Source: an uncultured delta proteobacterium
GTDB taxonomy: Bacteria; Myxococcota; Myxococcia; Myxococcales; Anaeromyxobacteraceae
Assembly (NCBI GenBank): GCA_963845515.1
Contig: CAWJSR010000020.1
Location: forward strand, 1 to 64,000
DNA length: 64,000 bases
Reading direction: 5' to 3'
Shown here: in pieces, positions 21,231 to 30,625 of the stretch
Numbering within the stretch: position 1 is the first letter of the stretch
Layout of the letters: the number at the start of each line of letters is the position of its first letter
Made by a program: the position numbers and the translations under genes
The notes under the pieces: generated by a model
Databases searched by the model: none
Seen by the model: the letters and a program-made list of their open reading frames with translations, nothing else
Told to the model about the DNA's origin: nothing

Positions 21231-21686
21231 TCACTCCGTCTTCCGCTCGCCGCCGATGACCTGCGTGAAGTGGATGAGCGCCTCCAGCGCGTTCGTCGTG
21301 GTCAGGAGCCCCTCCAGCTTCCCGTGCTCGTCGACGACGAGCACGCCGTTCAGCTTCCGGTCGTGGAGGTGCTGCGCGACGTCTGCGAGGGATGCAGACG
21401 GCCTCACCATGAACGGCTTGGGGTTCATCGCCTCGGTCACCGGCGTCTTGGACAGGACGTAGTGGAGCTCCCACTGGTCCATCGACGTGCCGCGCTGCGG
21501 GGCGTAGCCCAGCAGCATCTTCTCGGTGACGAGCCCCACCAGCGCGTCGCCGGTCATCACCGGCAGGCGCCTGATGCTCTTCTCTTTCAGGAGGTGGATC
21601 GCCTCCATGATCGTCGCTGTCGACTGGATGGTGATCGGGCTGCGGGTCATCCAGTCGCCGACTGCGAGCTTCTTAGCCATGGTCAC
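21231..21686 (-). CDS. CBS-pair protein (AcuB-like)
   Basis: VGDWMTRSPITI, IRRLPV, VTEAMNPKP, LEGLLT. Confidence 0.88.
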   Translation of the reverse strand: MTMAKKLAVGDWMTRSPITIQSTATIMEAIHLLKEKSIRRLPVMTGDALVGLVTEKMLLGYAPQRGTSMDQWELHYVLSKTPVTEAMNPKPFMVRPSASLADVAQHLHDRKLNGVLVVDEHGKLEGLLTTTNALEALIHFTQVIGGERKTE

Positions 21687-22387
21687 ATCCCCAGGAAGGC
21701 CTTCTTCACGTGGGCGTTGTCCAGCAGCTCCGCCCCCGTCCCCGAGAGTACCACCCGTCCGGTCGCCAGGACGTAGGCCCGATGCGAAATCCGGAGCGAC
21801 TGGAAGACGTTCTGCTCGACCAGCAGGATGGTCGTCCCCTGCGCGTTGATCTCCTTGATGATCGAGAAGATGTTCTTCACGAAGAGGGGTGACAGCCCCA
21901 GCGAGGGCTCGTCGAGGAGCATGAGCCGCGGGTTGGCCATCAGGCCGCGCGCGATCGCGAGCATCTGCTGCTCGCCCCCCGACATCGTCCCACCGAGCTG
22001 ATCCTTCCGCTCGGCGAGGCGCGGGAAGAGCGAGAAGGCCCGCTCCATGTTCTTCACCCGGTCCTTGCGGGTCGCCTTGACGAAGGAGCCCATCCGGAGG
22101 TTCTCGACGACCGTCATCTCGGGGAAGATGCGCCGCCCCTCCGGCACCTGGACGACTCCACGCTCGACGACCTGGTGTGAGTGGAGGTGGCCGAGGTCCT
22201 CTCCGTCGAAGCGGATCCTGCCGGCCCCGGCCTTGACCAGCCGGGAGACGTTCTTGAGGACGGTCGACTTCCCGGCGCCGTTGGCGCCGACGACCGTGAC
22301 GATCTCGCCCTCCTTCACCTCGAGGTCGACGTCCCAGAGGACCCGCAGGTCGCCGTAGGCGAAGCTGAGCTTCTCGACGCTAAGCAT
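21683..22387 (-). CDS. livF: HAAT-family ABC transporter ATPase
   Basis: GANGAGKST, VPEGRRIF, MSGGEQQMLAIARGLM, LLDEPSLGL. Confidence 0.93.
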   Translation of the reverse strand: MLSVEKLSFAYGDLRVLWDVDLEVKEGEIVTVVGANGAGKSTVLKNVSRLVKAGAGRIRFDGEDLGHLHSHQVVERGVVQVPEGRRIFPEMTVVENLRMGSFVKATRKDRVKNMERAFSLFPRLAERKDQLGGTMSGGEQQMLAIARGLMANPRLMLLDEPSLGLSPLFVKNIFSIIKEINAQGTTILLVEQNVFQSLRISHRAYVLATGRVVLSGTGAELLDNAHVKKAFLGM

Positions 22388-23105
22388 CGGCTCCCTCCCC
22401 GAGGTAGGCGGTGACGACGTCCTTGTTGCTGACGATCTCGTGCGGCGCGCCCTCCGCGAGCTTCTCGCCGGAGTTGAGGACGACGATCCGATCCGACAGC
22501 CGCATGATCGCCTTCATGTCGTGCTCGATGACCACCTGGGTGAGCCCGCGCGCCTTGAGATCGAGGATCAGCCCGATGATCTCGTCGCTCTCGGCCGGGT
22601 TGAGGCCGCCCATCACCTCGTCCAGGAGGAGGAGCTCCGGCTTGGTGGCCATCACGCGAGCCACCTCGAGCTTCTTCCGCTCGCCGATGGGCAGGCCGCC
22701 GGCGAGGAAGTCGGCCTTCTCGTCGAGCTTGACGATCCGCAGCTGCTCGAGCGCCACCTGGCGCGCGACGCGGAGCGAGTGGGTCCGCAGGAGCGCGCCC
22801 ACCATCACGTTGTCCAGGACCGTCATCTTCGCGAGCGGACGGACCTTCTGCCAGGTCCGCGCCATCCCGAGCCGGCAGACCTGGTCGGGCTGGAGCCCGT
22901 TGATCCGGACCCCCTTGAAGAGCACGTCCCCGCGGGACGGGGGGTAGTAGCCGGTGATGCAGTTGAAGAGGGTCGTCTTCCCGGCACCGTTCGGGCCGAT
23001 GAGCCCGAGGATCTTCCCGTGCTCGACGTCGAACGAGACGTCCGAGTTGGCGGCGAGCCCGCCGAAGAACTTCGACACGTTCCGGATCTCGAGGATCGCG
23101 GTCAT
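22380..23105 (-). CDS. livG: HAAT-family ABC transporter ATPase
   Basis: FGGLAAN, GPNGAGKTTLFN, LLLLDE, IEHDM, AYLG. Confidence 0.93.
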   Translation of the reverse strand: MTAILEIRNVSKFFGGLAANSDVSFDVEHGKILGLIGPNGAGKTTLFNCITGYYPPSRGDVLFKGVRINGLQPDQVCRLGMARTWQKVRPLAKMTVLDNVMVGALLRTHSLRVARQVALEQLRIVKLDEKADFLAGGLPIGERKKLEVARVMATKPELLLLDEVMGGLNPAESDEIIGLILDLKARGLTQVVIEHDMKAIMRLSDRIVVLNSGEKLAEGAPHEIVSNKDVVTAYLGEGADA

Positions 23106-23108
23106 GGG

Positions 23109-24230
23109 TCAGCCCTCCGCCTCGGCCGTGGCCGCGTCACCGTCCCGGTGCAGCCGCTTCCTGATCCGCGCGGCGCTGCTGCGCAGGAGCCCCATGATGC
23201 CGTCGGGAGCGAAGAGGATCACGACCACCACGAGGATCCCGTAGAAGAGGACGTGGGTGTTCGAGAGCCGCTGCTGGATGAAGGCGATCACCGGCGACTC
23301 GTCCGAGAAGATCCCCGCCTGGACGAGCCACTTCGGGTTGCGCAGCGTCTCGGAGAGGAGCGTCAGGACCAGCGCGCCGATCACGGGCCCGAGGATGGTC
23401 CCGATGCCGCCGATGATGCAGATGAGGACCATCTGCACCGACACGTCGAGGCCGATGACGATGTTCGGGTCGATGAACCGGACGTAGAGGCCGAACAGCG
23501 CGCCCGCCCACGCGGTGAAGGCGGCGGAGATGGCGAGCGCGATCGACTTGTGGAGCGTGGGGCTGATCCCGAGGCTGTGCGCGGCGTCCTGATCCTCGCG
23601 GATCGCCTGGAAGTAGTAGCCGAGCTTCGTGTTCTGCACGATCCAGTTGGCGGCGACGACGATGATCGCGAGCCCGAGCGAGGCGTAGAAGAAGGGCCGC
23701 TTCCCGATGAACTCGATCGAGAAGGTCTCGGTGAGCTTCAGCGGCGGGATGCCCGACAGCAGGATCCCCTCGGCCCCCTTCGTGAAGTCCCGCCAGTGGA
23801 GGACCGCGAGCCGGAGGATCTCCGCCACCGCGATCGAGGCCAGGACGAAGTAGGGCCCCCGCAGCCTGAAGGTGATGGCGCCGATGATCACGGAGAGGAT
23901 CACCGCGTTGACGATGGCCAGCCCGACCCCCCACCACGGCGCGATCTGGTGGAGCTCCAGGAGCATCATCGTCGTGTAGGCCCCGATGCCGAAGTAGGCG
24001 GCGTGCCCCACGGAGTACTGGCCGGCGTAGCCGCCGATGACGTTCCACGCGGAGCCCTGGGCCACGGCCAGGAAGACCATGATCCACATGTGGAGCAGGA
24101 GCGGCTTCTTCACGAAGAGCGGGATCGTGGCGAGCAGCACGATCGCGGCGAGCCAGGTCCCGAACGTGGACCAGGAGAAGCCGGGGAAGAGGCGGTACGG
24201 AGCGGGCTGGGCGGCCATGGACGGTTCCAT
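23109..24230 (-). CDS. livM: HAAT-family ABC permease
   Basis: WNVIGGYAGQYSVGHAAYFGIGAY, RLRGPYF, AIREDQDAAHSLGI, IIGGIGTILGP. Confidence 0.92.
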   Translation of the reverse strand: MEPSMAAQPAPYRLFPGFSWSTFGTWLAAIVLLATIPLFVKKPLLLHMWIMVFLAVAQGSAWNVIGGYAGQYSVGHAAYFGIGAYTTMMLLELHQIAPWWGVGLAIVNAVILSVIIGAITFRLRGPYFVLASIAVAEILRLAVLHWRDFTKGAEGILLSGIPPLKLTETFSIEFIGKRPFFYASLGLAIIVVAANWIVQNTKLGYYFQAIREDQDAAHSLGISPTLHKSIALAISAAFTAWAGALFGLYVRFIDPNIVIGLDVSVQMVLICIIGGIGTILGPVIGALVLTLLSETLRNPKWLVQAGIFSDESPVIAFIQQRLSNTHVLFYGILVVVVILFAPDGIMGLLRSSAARIRKRLHRDGDAATAEAEG

Positions 24231-25093
24231 CACATCCTCGACTTGCCGAGGAGCCCGGCGGGCTTGAAGACGAGGATCAGCAGGAAGAGCACGTAGACGA
24301 GCAGGTCCTTCAGGCCGCCGGCGACGTACGCGCCCCCGAGCGACTCGGTGACGCCGATCAGCACGCCGCCGAGCGTCGCGCCGACGATGCTCCCCATCCC
24401 GCCGAGGACCACCACGACGAAGGCCTTGAGCGTGAACGGGGCGCCGACGTCCGGGAAGATGTAGTAGGTCGGCGCCAGCAGCGCCCCGGCGATGGCGGCG
24501 AGGGCCGTCCCGATCCCGAAGGCCAGCATCGACGTCCGGCCCACGTTGATCCCCATGAGCTGGGCCGCCTCGCGATCCTGGGCCGTGGCGCGGATCGCCT
24601 GCCCGGTGTCGGTCCTGATGAGGAAGGCGTAGAGGGCCACGGTGATCGCGGCGGTGACGAGGAACGAGTAGAGGAGCGGCTGCGAGACGGAGAGGCCGAA
24701 GAGCTGGAAGCTCGACGACGAGTAGCTCGTCGTGAGGATCCGGTAGTCGGAGGTGAAGAGGAGCATCATCGTGTTCCGCATCACGAGCCCGAGCCCGATG
24801 GTCAGCAGGATCTGGTTCTGGGGGAGCGAGCCCAGGATCCGGTTGATGAAGGCGGTCTGGAGGAACGCGCCCCATAGGAAGAGGAGCGGGGCCGTGATCA
24901 GCAGGGAGACGTAAGGGTCCAGGCCGGTCTTGGTGAAGACGAACCAGGTCGCGTACATGCCGAGCATGAGCAGGTCGCCGTGGGCGAAGTTGATGACGCG
25001 CATCACGCCGAAGATCATCGTGAGGCCGATGCCGATGAGGGCATAGACGCCGCCGACGAGCACGCCGCTCAGCACCGACTGGAAGAAGAGCAT
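24230..25093 (-). CDS. livH: HAAT-family ABC permease
   Basis: GLTMIFGVMRVINFAHG, GQAIRATAQD, VVVVLGGMGSI. Confidence 0.92.
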   Translation of the reverse strand: MLFFQSVLSGVLVGGVYALIGIGLTMIFGVMRVINFAHGDLLMLGMYATWFVFTKTGLDPYVSLLITAPLLFLWGAFLQTAFINRILGSLPQNQILLTIGLGLVMRNTMMLLFTSDYRILTTSYSSSSFQLFGLSVSQPLLYSFLVTAAITVALYAFLIRTDTGQAIRATAQDREAAQLMGINVGRTSMLAFGIGTALAAIAGALLAPTYYIFPDVGAPFTLKAFVVVVLGGMGSIVGATLGGVLIGVTESLGGAYVAGGLKDLLVYVLFLLILVFKPAGLLGKSRM

Positions 25094-25136
25094 CGGGTGG
25101 ACTCCGGGAGAGGGACATCACCAACGGTAGATCCTG

Positions 25137-25173
25137 CCCTCTCCCCCACCGGGGGAGAGGGCAGGGTGAGGGG
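25137..25173. repeat. REP-like palindrome (intact copy)
   Basis: ccctctcccccaccgggggagagggcagggtgagggg, between the binding-protein gene and livH. Confidence 0.8.
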
Positions 25174-25177
25174 CCTC

Positions 25178-26335
25178 CTACTTCCAGCCCGGGAACGGGT
25201 AGACGGCCTTCTTGTTCGCGGCCGTCTTGGGGAAGACGGTCTCCGACCTGCCGGCCTGGTACTGGATCACCGGCATGACTAGCCGGTTCTGGTTGGTGAA
25301 GCCCTCGTAGTCCTGGAAGTCGGTCGTCCCCATGATCCCGTCCCACTTGCCGGAGATGAGGGCCTCGCGGATCTTCGCCCGGTCGCCGCCGGCCTTCGCC
25401 GCGACCTCGCCGACGACCATCATCGCCGTGTAGGCGCACGCGGCGTGGTAGGTGGGCTTCTTGCCGTACTTCGCCCTGTACCGGTCCGCGAACTCGGTCG
25501 CGGCCTTGCTCGAGTCGGGCGTCCACTGGGTGACCGAGAAGACGTTGGTGGAGATGTCCTTCTCGCTCTCGAACTGGGCGGTGTCGAAGCCGGCGCCGCC
25601 GCCGAGGAAGGCCTGGGGCTTGAGCCCGACCTCGCGCGACTGCCGCATGAGCAGGATGGCGTCGGCGACGTAGGAGACCATGAAGACCAGGTCGGGCTTC
25701 TTCTCCTTCACCTTGGTGAGCGTAGAGCGGTAGTCCGGCGCCCCCTTCTGGTAGGCCTCGTCGGCGACGACGGTGAGCCCCTTCGCGGTCGCGTAGTCCT
25801 TGCCCGCCTTCGAGACCGAGTTGCCGAAGTCGGTCGACTCGTAGATGAAGGCGACGCTCCTGGGCTTCCCGAACGACAGCGCCGCGTCGATGAGCGACTG
25901 GGCGTAGACGTGGGCCGGGGCGTTGACCCGGAAGACCCACTTGTAACCCTGCCTGGTGATCTCCTCCTTGGCGGCGGCCGGGATGACCTGGGGGACGCCA
26001 TACTGCTCGGCCTGCTTGGCGACGGCGTTGGCGCACGCGGAGGTGTACGGTCCGACGACCGCCGAGACCTCGTCGCCGGTGGCGAGCTGCTCGATGGCGC
26101 TGATGGCCTTGTCGGGTTTCCCCGTGTCGTCCTGCTTGAGGACCTGCACGTCGATCCCCTTCTTCTTGAGGTCCTCGACGGCGAGGTCGGCGCCGTTGGT
26201 CAGGTTCTCGCCGATGGGCGCCTCGGCGCCGGTGATGGTGTTGATGAAGCCGATCTTGACTGCGGCGCGCCCCAGCCCCGGTACGGCGAGCGCGGCGACG
26301 GCGGCGAGCATCGGTACGAGCTTCCTGTTCGTCAT
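25178..26335 (-). CDS. HAAT-family periplasmic substrate-binding protein (LivJ/K-like)
   Basis: signal peptide, VKIGFINTITG, VVGPYTS, VFRVNAP, DYRSTLTKVK. Confidence 0.9.
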   Translation of the reverse strand: MTNRKLVPMLAAVAALAVPGLGRAAVKIGFINTITGAEAPIGENLTNGADLAVEDLKKKGIDVQVLKQDDTGKPDKAISAIEQLATGDEVSAVVGPYTSACANAVAKQAEQYGVPQVIPAAAKEEITRQGYKWVFRVNAPAHVYAQSLIDAALSFGKPRSVAFIYESTDFGNSVSKAGKDYATAKGLTVVADEAYQKGAPDYRSTLTKVKEKKPDLVFMVSYVADAILLMRQSREVGLKPQAFLGGGAGFDTAQFESEKDISTNVFSVTQWTPDSSKAATEFADRYRAKYGKKPTYHAACAYTAMMVVGEVAAKAGGDRAKIREALISGKWDGIMGTTDFQDYEGFTNQNRLVMPVIQYQAGRSETVFPKTAANKKAVYPFPGWK

Positions 26336-26518
26336 TTGGCGGCCTCTCTCTCGAGACGTGGACGGTGCTGCTGCTGGCTCCAAAAGAGTAATCACCCACC
26401 TTTGGTCCCCGCCATTGTGGAGATCCGCAGCGGCCCGCTTGGAGTCGTTCGGTCGGCGGAGCCCTAGCGGGCAGCTCGGCTCGTGCGACATACTCGTGTC
26501 GCCGCGCCACCTGCCGAC

Positions 26519-28483
26519 ATGCCTGCCTTCGACAAGCCATTGAATACGCGGGGTGTCTCGGCGGCTCACGGCTGGCTCTGGTACCTGCCGCGCTTCGCCG
26601 TCGCGCTCTTCGTCCTCGCGCTCATCGGCCTCCTCTGGGTCCTCTATCAACAGGAGCTCGAGGTGCGACGCGGCGCTCTCGTCCGCGATGTCCTGTGGGT
26701 GCGGCAGAACTTCCAGTTCAGCGTCGCCACGGACCTCGAGCAGCTCGGCAGGCTCGGTGCGGACTGGGAGGGGACGGCACCAGGCGAGGTCGAGGAGCGC
26801 GCCGCCGGTCTCATCTCGCGCAGCGCGGGGCTCGTGCGGATCGCGATCCTCGACGCGAGCGGGCGCGTGCGCATGAGCGTTCCGGCGGCGATGGCGGCGC
26901 GGTCCTGGCCCGGCGCCGAGAGCGCCACCGCGCAGGAGCTGGCGCTCTCCGGAGGCAGCACGGCGTACGGAGCCCCTTACGGCGCCGGGCAGGACCGGCG
27001 GTTCGACGTCTTCGTCCCCTGGTACCGGGACGGCAAGCTCGCCGGCACCGTCGTCGGCGCCTATGGGCTGCGGGTGATGCTCTCGGGGCTGGTCCCGTGG
27101 TGGCTCGCGGAGAAGCACCTCGCCACCATCCGGAGTGCTGGCGGAGAGGTCCTCGCCGCGAAGTCCGACGTCGCGGCGAAGCGTCCTGAGCTGGGCCACG
27201 AGGTCGCGCTCGACCCGCCCGGGCACGGGCTCGTCCTGCGCCTCGACTCGTACGCCGGCGAGAAGCAGCGGCTCCGGAACGTGCTGGTGGCGGCGCTCGT
27301 CGCCCTCGCGCTGGCCGTGCTCTGGAACCTTCGGGCCCTCCGGCGCCACGTCCAGCAGCGGCTCGCGACCGAGGAGGCGCTGCGGGCCGAGCACGCCTTC
27401 AGGAAGGCGATGGAGGACTCGCTCCACACGGGCATGCGCGCGGTCGATCTCGAGGGGCGGATCGTCTACGTGAACCCGGCCTTCTGCAACATGGTCGGGT
27501 ACTCGGCCGCCGCCATCCTGGGATCCAGCGGCCCGCCGCCGTGGTGGCCCCCCGAGGAGCGCGACGGTATCCAGGCGGGGCTGCGCGCGGCGCGCGAGGG
27601 AGGGATGGCCCGCACCGGGCTCGAGATGAAGCTCATGCGGCGCGGGGGCGAGCGGTTCGACGCGCTCGTCTACGAGGCGCCGCTCATCGACGCCGAGGGG
27701 CGCCAGAAGGGGTGGATGGGCTCCGTGCTGGACATCACCGAGCGCAAGCGGGCCCGGGAGCTCGTCCACCAGCAGGAGGAGAAGCTGGCCGCCACGGCGC
27801 GGCTCGTCACCATGGGCGAGATGGCGTCGACCATCGCGCACGAGCTGAACCAGCCGCTCTCGGCGATCGCGAGCTACACGACCGGGTGCCTGAACCTGCT
27901 CGAGGCGGGGGAGCCGCCGGGCGAGGAGCTGCGGGACGCGCTGCGCAAGACCGCCCAGCAGGCGCAGCGCGCGGGGCGGATCATCCGTCGGGTTCACGAC
28001 TTCGTGCGCAAGAGCGAGCCGACCCGCGTGCCGGTGCGAGTCAACGCCGTGGTCGAGGAGGCGGTCGTCTTCGCGGCGGCGGAGGCGCGAAAGCGCCGGG
28101 TGGCGATCGAGACCCGCCTCGCGGCGGAGGACCCCGAGATCCTCGCGGATCCGCTCCTCCTCCAGCAGGTCGTGCTCAACCTGCTGAGGAACGCCATGGA
28201 CGCGATGACGGCGACCGCGCCGGAGCGGCGCGAGATCCGGGTCGCCACGGAGCGCGGGGCCGATCAGGTCACGGTGTCGATCTCGGATCGCGGCTCCGGC
28301 ATCGAGCCGGGCGTGCGCGCGCAGCTCTTCCAGCCGTTCTTCACGACGAAGGCCGAGGGGATGGGGATGGGGCTCAACATCTGCCGCTCCATCGTGGAGC
28401 TCCACCGGGGGCGCGTCTGGGCCGACGCCAACCCGGGCGGCGGGTCGGTCTTCTCCTTCTCGCTGCCGGCGGACGCGAGATGA
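26519..28483 (+). CDS. membrane PAS sensor histidine kinase (DctS/FixL-like)
   Basis: two TM helices, PAS (YVNPAFC), GEMASTIAHELNQPL, N box NLLRNA, FFTTKAEGMGMGL. Confidence 0.92.
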   Translation: MPAFDKPLNTRGVSAAHGWLWYLPRFAVALFVLALIGLLWVLYQQELEVRRGALVRDVLWVRQNFQFSVATDLEQLGRLGADWEGTAPGEVEERAAGLISRSAGLVRIAILDASGRVRMSVPAAMAARSWPGAESATAQELALSGGSTAYGAPYGAGQDRRFDVFVPWYRDGKLAGTVVGAYGLRVMLSGLVPWWLAEKHLATIRSAGGEVLAAKSDVAAKRPELGHEVALDPPGHGLVLRLDSYAGEKQRLRNVLVAALVALALAVLWNLRALRRHVQQRLATEEALRAEHAFRKAMEDSLHTGMRAVDLEGRIVYVNPAFCNMVGYSAAAILGSSGPPPWWPPEERDGIQAGLRAAREGGMARTGLEMKLMRRGGERFDALVYEAPLIDAEGRQKGWMGSVLDITERKRARELVHQQEEKLAATARLVTMGEMASTIAHELNQPLSAIASYTTGCLNLLEAGEPPGEELRDALRKTAQQAQRAGRIIRRVHDFVRKSEPTRVPVRVNAVVEEAVVFAAAEARKRRVAIETRLAAEDPEILADPLLLQQVVLNLLRNAMDAMTATAPERREIRVATERGADQVTVSISDRGSGIEPGVRAQLFQPFFTTKAEGMGMGLNICRSIVELHRGRVWADANPGGGSVFSFSLPADAR

Positions 28484-29082
28484 GCGCGCAGACGGTCCAC
28501 GTGGTCGACGACGACGACGCGATCCGCGACGCGCTGGCGTGGCTCCTGAAGTCCCGGGGGTTGCCGGCGCGGACCTGGCCATCCGGCGAGGACTTCCTCG
28601 CGGCCTGGTCAGTGGCCATGCGCGGCTGCGTGATCCTCGACGTCCGCATGGACGGGATGAGCGGCGTGGAGCTCTTCGAGCGGCTCCTCGCGCGCGGGAG
28701 CCGGCTCCCGGTGATCTTCCTGACCGGCCACGCGGACGTCCCGCTGGCCGTCTCGGCGCTGAAGGGCGGGGCCTTCGACTTCGTCGAGAAGCCGTTCAAC
28801 GACAACGACCTCGTAGACAGGATCGTGGCCGCGCTCGGGCAGGAGGAGGCCCTGCGGCGCACGCTCGAGACCGAGGCCGACGTCGCGGGCCGGCTGGAGG
28901 CGCTCACCCAGCGGGAGCGGCAGGTGATGGAGCGGATCCTGGCCGGCGACTTCAACAAGCAGATCGCCGACGCGCTCGGCATCGCGGTGCGCACCGTGGA
29001 GGTGCACCGGGCGCGCGTCTTCGAGAAGATGGGGGTCAGGTCGGCGGTCGAGCTGGCGCAGCTCGTCGCGCCCCGAATATGA
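28480..29082 (+). CDS. FixJ/DctR-type response regulator (REC plus LuxR HTH)
   Basis: VVDDD, LDVRMDGMSG, FVEKPF, LTQRE, RTVEVHRARV. Confidence 0.93.
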   Translation: MSAQTVHVVDDDDAIRDALAWLLKSRGLPARTWPSGEDFLAAWSVAMRGCVILDVRMDGMSGVELFERLLARGSRLPVIFLTGHADVPLAVSALKGGAFDFVEKPFNDNDLVDRIVAALGQEEALRRTLETEADVAGRLEALTQRERQVMERILAGDFNKQIADALGIAVRTVEVHRARVFEKMGVRSAVELAQLVAPRI

Positions 29083-29084
29083 AG

Positions 29085-29114
29085 GCGCCCGCCACCTCGC
29101 GGTGACGGGCGCCC
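29085..29114. terminator. hairpin between convergent genes
   Basis: gcgcccgccacc-tcgc-ggtgacgggcgc. Confidence 0.6.
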
Positions 29115-29137
29115 GGATTCCGACCTCTACGCGTCTG

Positions 29138-30421
29138 CTAGAAGCTGAAGCGCGAGGAGAAGGCGACCGCGCTGCCCGAGTAGTCGGTGGGCGTCGTGAC
29201 CGTCGTCGAGGTGAAGTCCGCGGCCTTGGAGGTCGTGTACTCGAGGCCGAGCCGGAGGTTCTTGCCGACCGGGGCGAGGAGGCCGACGTTCATCATGCTG
29301 AAGGTGAAGTCGTTCGCGTCCTCCGCCTTCTCCTGGCCGTAGCCGGCCATGACCCAGAGGAACGGGAGGGGCTTCACGACGGCCTGGGCCCAGTAGCCGG
29401 TCGTCTTGAGCAGCTTGGCGTTCGGGAAGGTCTTGTTGGCGGGGTCGAGCGCGGTGAACGCGCCGGTCTGGCTCTCGTCCGAGCCCTTGCCCGCGAACCA
29501 CTCGCCGCGGACGACCAGGTACTTGGTCGCCTCGATGTTGAGATCCACGCCGATCAGGGTCGAGGTGAGGCTCTGCTCGGTGGCCTTGTCGAGATCGTAG
29601 GTCTGCTTGTTCCGGTGGTAGCCGAGCCCCACCGTCGCCTTGATGTCGTCCATCGGCTTCACGGCCACCTGGAGGCGCGCCTCGACGTCAGGCTGGCCAG
29701 AGGTGTTGCCCGCGGAGACCGCGACGCCGGCCGCGTCGGCCGCGTTCAGGACCGCGGCCTCGACCTGCACGTCGAGCATCGGGATGATGGCGTTGCTGTA
29801 GCCGACGCGGATCTGCGGCGAGCGGCGGGTGAGGTTACCGGCCTGCATGAAGGTCGGCAGCGCGATGTAGGCGCCGAGCTCCGGGTGGAGCGGGTTCACG
29901 AGGCCGTCGGTCTGGCCGACGGTCAGCGCGACCTTGCCGGCCGCCTTGAGGTCCCAGCCGGCCGTCGCGACGGCGTAGCGGAGCCGGAGGAGGGAGGAGT
30001 CCCAGCTCCCGGGGGTGGCCTTCAGCTTCGTCGGCGTCGGCGCGTCGCCGTCGACGCCGGCGATGCCGCCCATGAAGTCGAACTCGAGCCTGCCGCCCAG
30101 CGTGGCGCCGAGGACGCCGGCGTCGGCGCCGCTGATCATGAGGCCGAACCGCGACTGGCGGGCGCTGACGGAGTTGGTCTTGACGTCCTCCGCCGAGATC
30201 TTGCTGGGGTACTCGGGGTACGCGAACGTCCCGTTGTTCTGGTTGTAGGTCAGGAGCGCGAAGCCGTAGGGCTTCACGGAGATCGCCGGTGCCGGCGCGG
30301 CGGCAGGAGCGGCGGCAGGCTCAGCCGCGGGAGCGGCCGCGGGAGCGGCCGCCTGGGCGGACGCAAAGGCGGGAAGGGTGATGCACAGGGCTGCGAGGGA
30401 CAGCTTCTGTCGAACGTTCAT
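29138..30421 (-). CDS. outer-membrane porin (DcaP-like)
   Basis: signal peptide, AP-rich linker, SARQSRFG, LEFDF, LRLRYA, RSPQIR, C-terminal RFSF. Confidence 0.75.
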   Translation of the reverse strand: MNVRQKLSLAALCITLPAFASAQAAAPAAAPAAEPAAAPAAAPAPAISVKPYGFALLTYNQNNGTFAYPEYPSKISAEDVKTNSVSARQSRFGLMISGADAGVLGATLGGRLEFDFMGGIAGVDGDAPTPTKLKATPGSWDSSLLRLRYAVATAGWDLKAAGKVALTVGQTDGLVNPLHPELGAYIALPTFMQAGNLTRRSPQIRVGYSNAIIPMLDVQVEAAVLNAADAAGVAVSAGNTSGQPDVEARLQVAVKPMDDIKATVGLGYHRNKQTYDLDKATEQSLTSTLIGVDLNIEATKYLVVRGEWFAGKGSDESQTGAFTALDPANKTFPNAKLLKTTGYWAQAVVKPLPFLWVMAGYGQEKAEDANDFTFSMMNVGLLAPVGKNLRLGLEYTTSKAADFTSTTVTTPTDYSGSAVAFSSRFSF

Positions 30422-30532
30422 TGCGTTGCCTCCGAAGCGGCGGCGCTGGGGGTTGGTCCGGCGTGCCACGGGTTAGTCCGGACGATGGTGACCGTTCTTA
30501 CCACACGGCGCGCAAAAACGTGACGCAAATAT

Positions 30533-30569
30533 TACCCAGATGGCTGTAAACCGTGCACCCAGATGGGTA
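30533..30569. promoter_or_regulatory. repeated regulator boxes upstream of the porin
   Basis: ACCCAGATGG at 30534 and 30557; the second is palindromic (ACCCA-GA-TGGGT). Confidence 0.5.
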
Positions 30570-30625
30570 TACGCGTGTATGCAGCGGACATTGCTAGGCA
30601 AAATCTGCGGCCGAGGGACGCACTC

